Under the pieces are notes generated by a model. That model made no database searches and was not told the origin of the DNA. It was given only the letters and a program-made list of their open reading frames with translations. A stretch of 64,000 nt of DNA from Paragordius varius. Its lineage: Eukaryota > Animalia > Nematomorpha. The position numbers and the translations under genes were made by a program. Of this stretch, positions 63,712-64,000 are shown one piece after another (positions within the stretch are counted from its first letter, which is position 1; every line of letters starts with the position of its first letter). The stretch covers positions 5,704,001-5,768,000 of the forward strand of contig OZ176052.1 of assembly GCA_964247055.1 (NCBI GenBank), written 5' to 3'.

Positions 63712-64000
63712 CCATTTACAGTTCAAATTTACCCTTGAACAATTCAAATTCACCCTCGAACAATTCAAATTCACTCTAAAAATAATTTATGTGTTTTCGA
63801 ACTAATAAAACTCAGCATTAATATAAGATATATCTTTATGGCATAGTTTATTATTTTTTCAGTATTATTTTAATTTTAAATAAAATTTTTATTTTTTAAA
63901 AAATATATAAAAGTATGGGTAATTTTTAACTTTAAAAAACATATATTTTATTTGAGGGTGAATTTGAATTGTTCGAGGGTAAATTTTAATTATAAAGTAT
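63712..64000. mobile_element. MITE family E (right end degenerate or at window edge)
   Basis: TA|CCATTTACAGTTCAAATTTACCCTTGAAC followed by three 21 bp units, and GGGTGAATTTGAATTGTTCGAGGG near 63955-63985. Confidence 0.8.

Noticed and set aside
63720-63780. Regular 21 bp repeats resembling a CRISPR or iteron array
   Set aside because: There are no unique spacers; they are subterminal repeats of a dispersed MITE in a eukaryotic intron.

Overview
This is very AT-rich, intron-rich animal (metazoan) nuclear DNA, not prokaryotic, and no CRISPR, rRNA or intact tRNA gene was found. Three protein-coding genes were rebuilt by hand from GT-AG splice sites and reading phase. (1) Minus strand, 11636 to below 724: a Draper/CED-1/MEGF10-11-type receptor with signal peptide, EMI domain, EGF-laminin repeats carrying unusual loop insertions, and a TM helix. 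Its cytoplasmic tail runs off the window start. (2) Minus strand, 17638 to 16082: a two-exon gene I do not recognise, encoding a ~146-152 aa secreted, probably GPI-anchored glycoprotein. (3) Plus strand, 21786 to beyond 63532: an MPDZ/PATJ (MUPP1) scaffold with L27 plus 9 PDZ domains seen, a 1.68 kb disordered exon, and continuation past the window end. The most striking observation is a class of 22-26 nt GT-AG micro-introns found only at the 5' ends of the two large genes, whose other introns are 67 nt to 8.6 kb. The 22 and 25 nt introns are needed to keep the EMI and L27 domains intact; the 26 nt intron is the best of several models for the MPDZ start. Introns are full of mobile DNA: a decayed hAT inserted in a (TA)n tract, several MITE families, two RTE-like LINE 3' ends, a tRNA-derived SINE-like head, and a 540 bp foldback with a hammerhead-ribozyme-like core. 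All calls come from manual reading; no database search or folding program was run.
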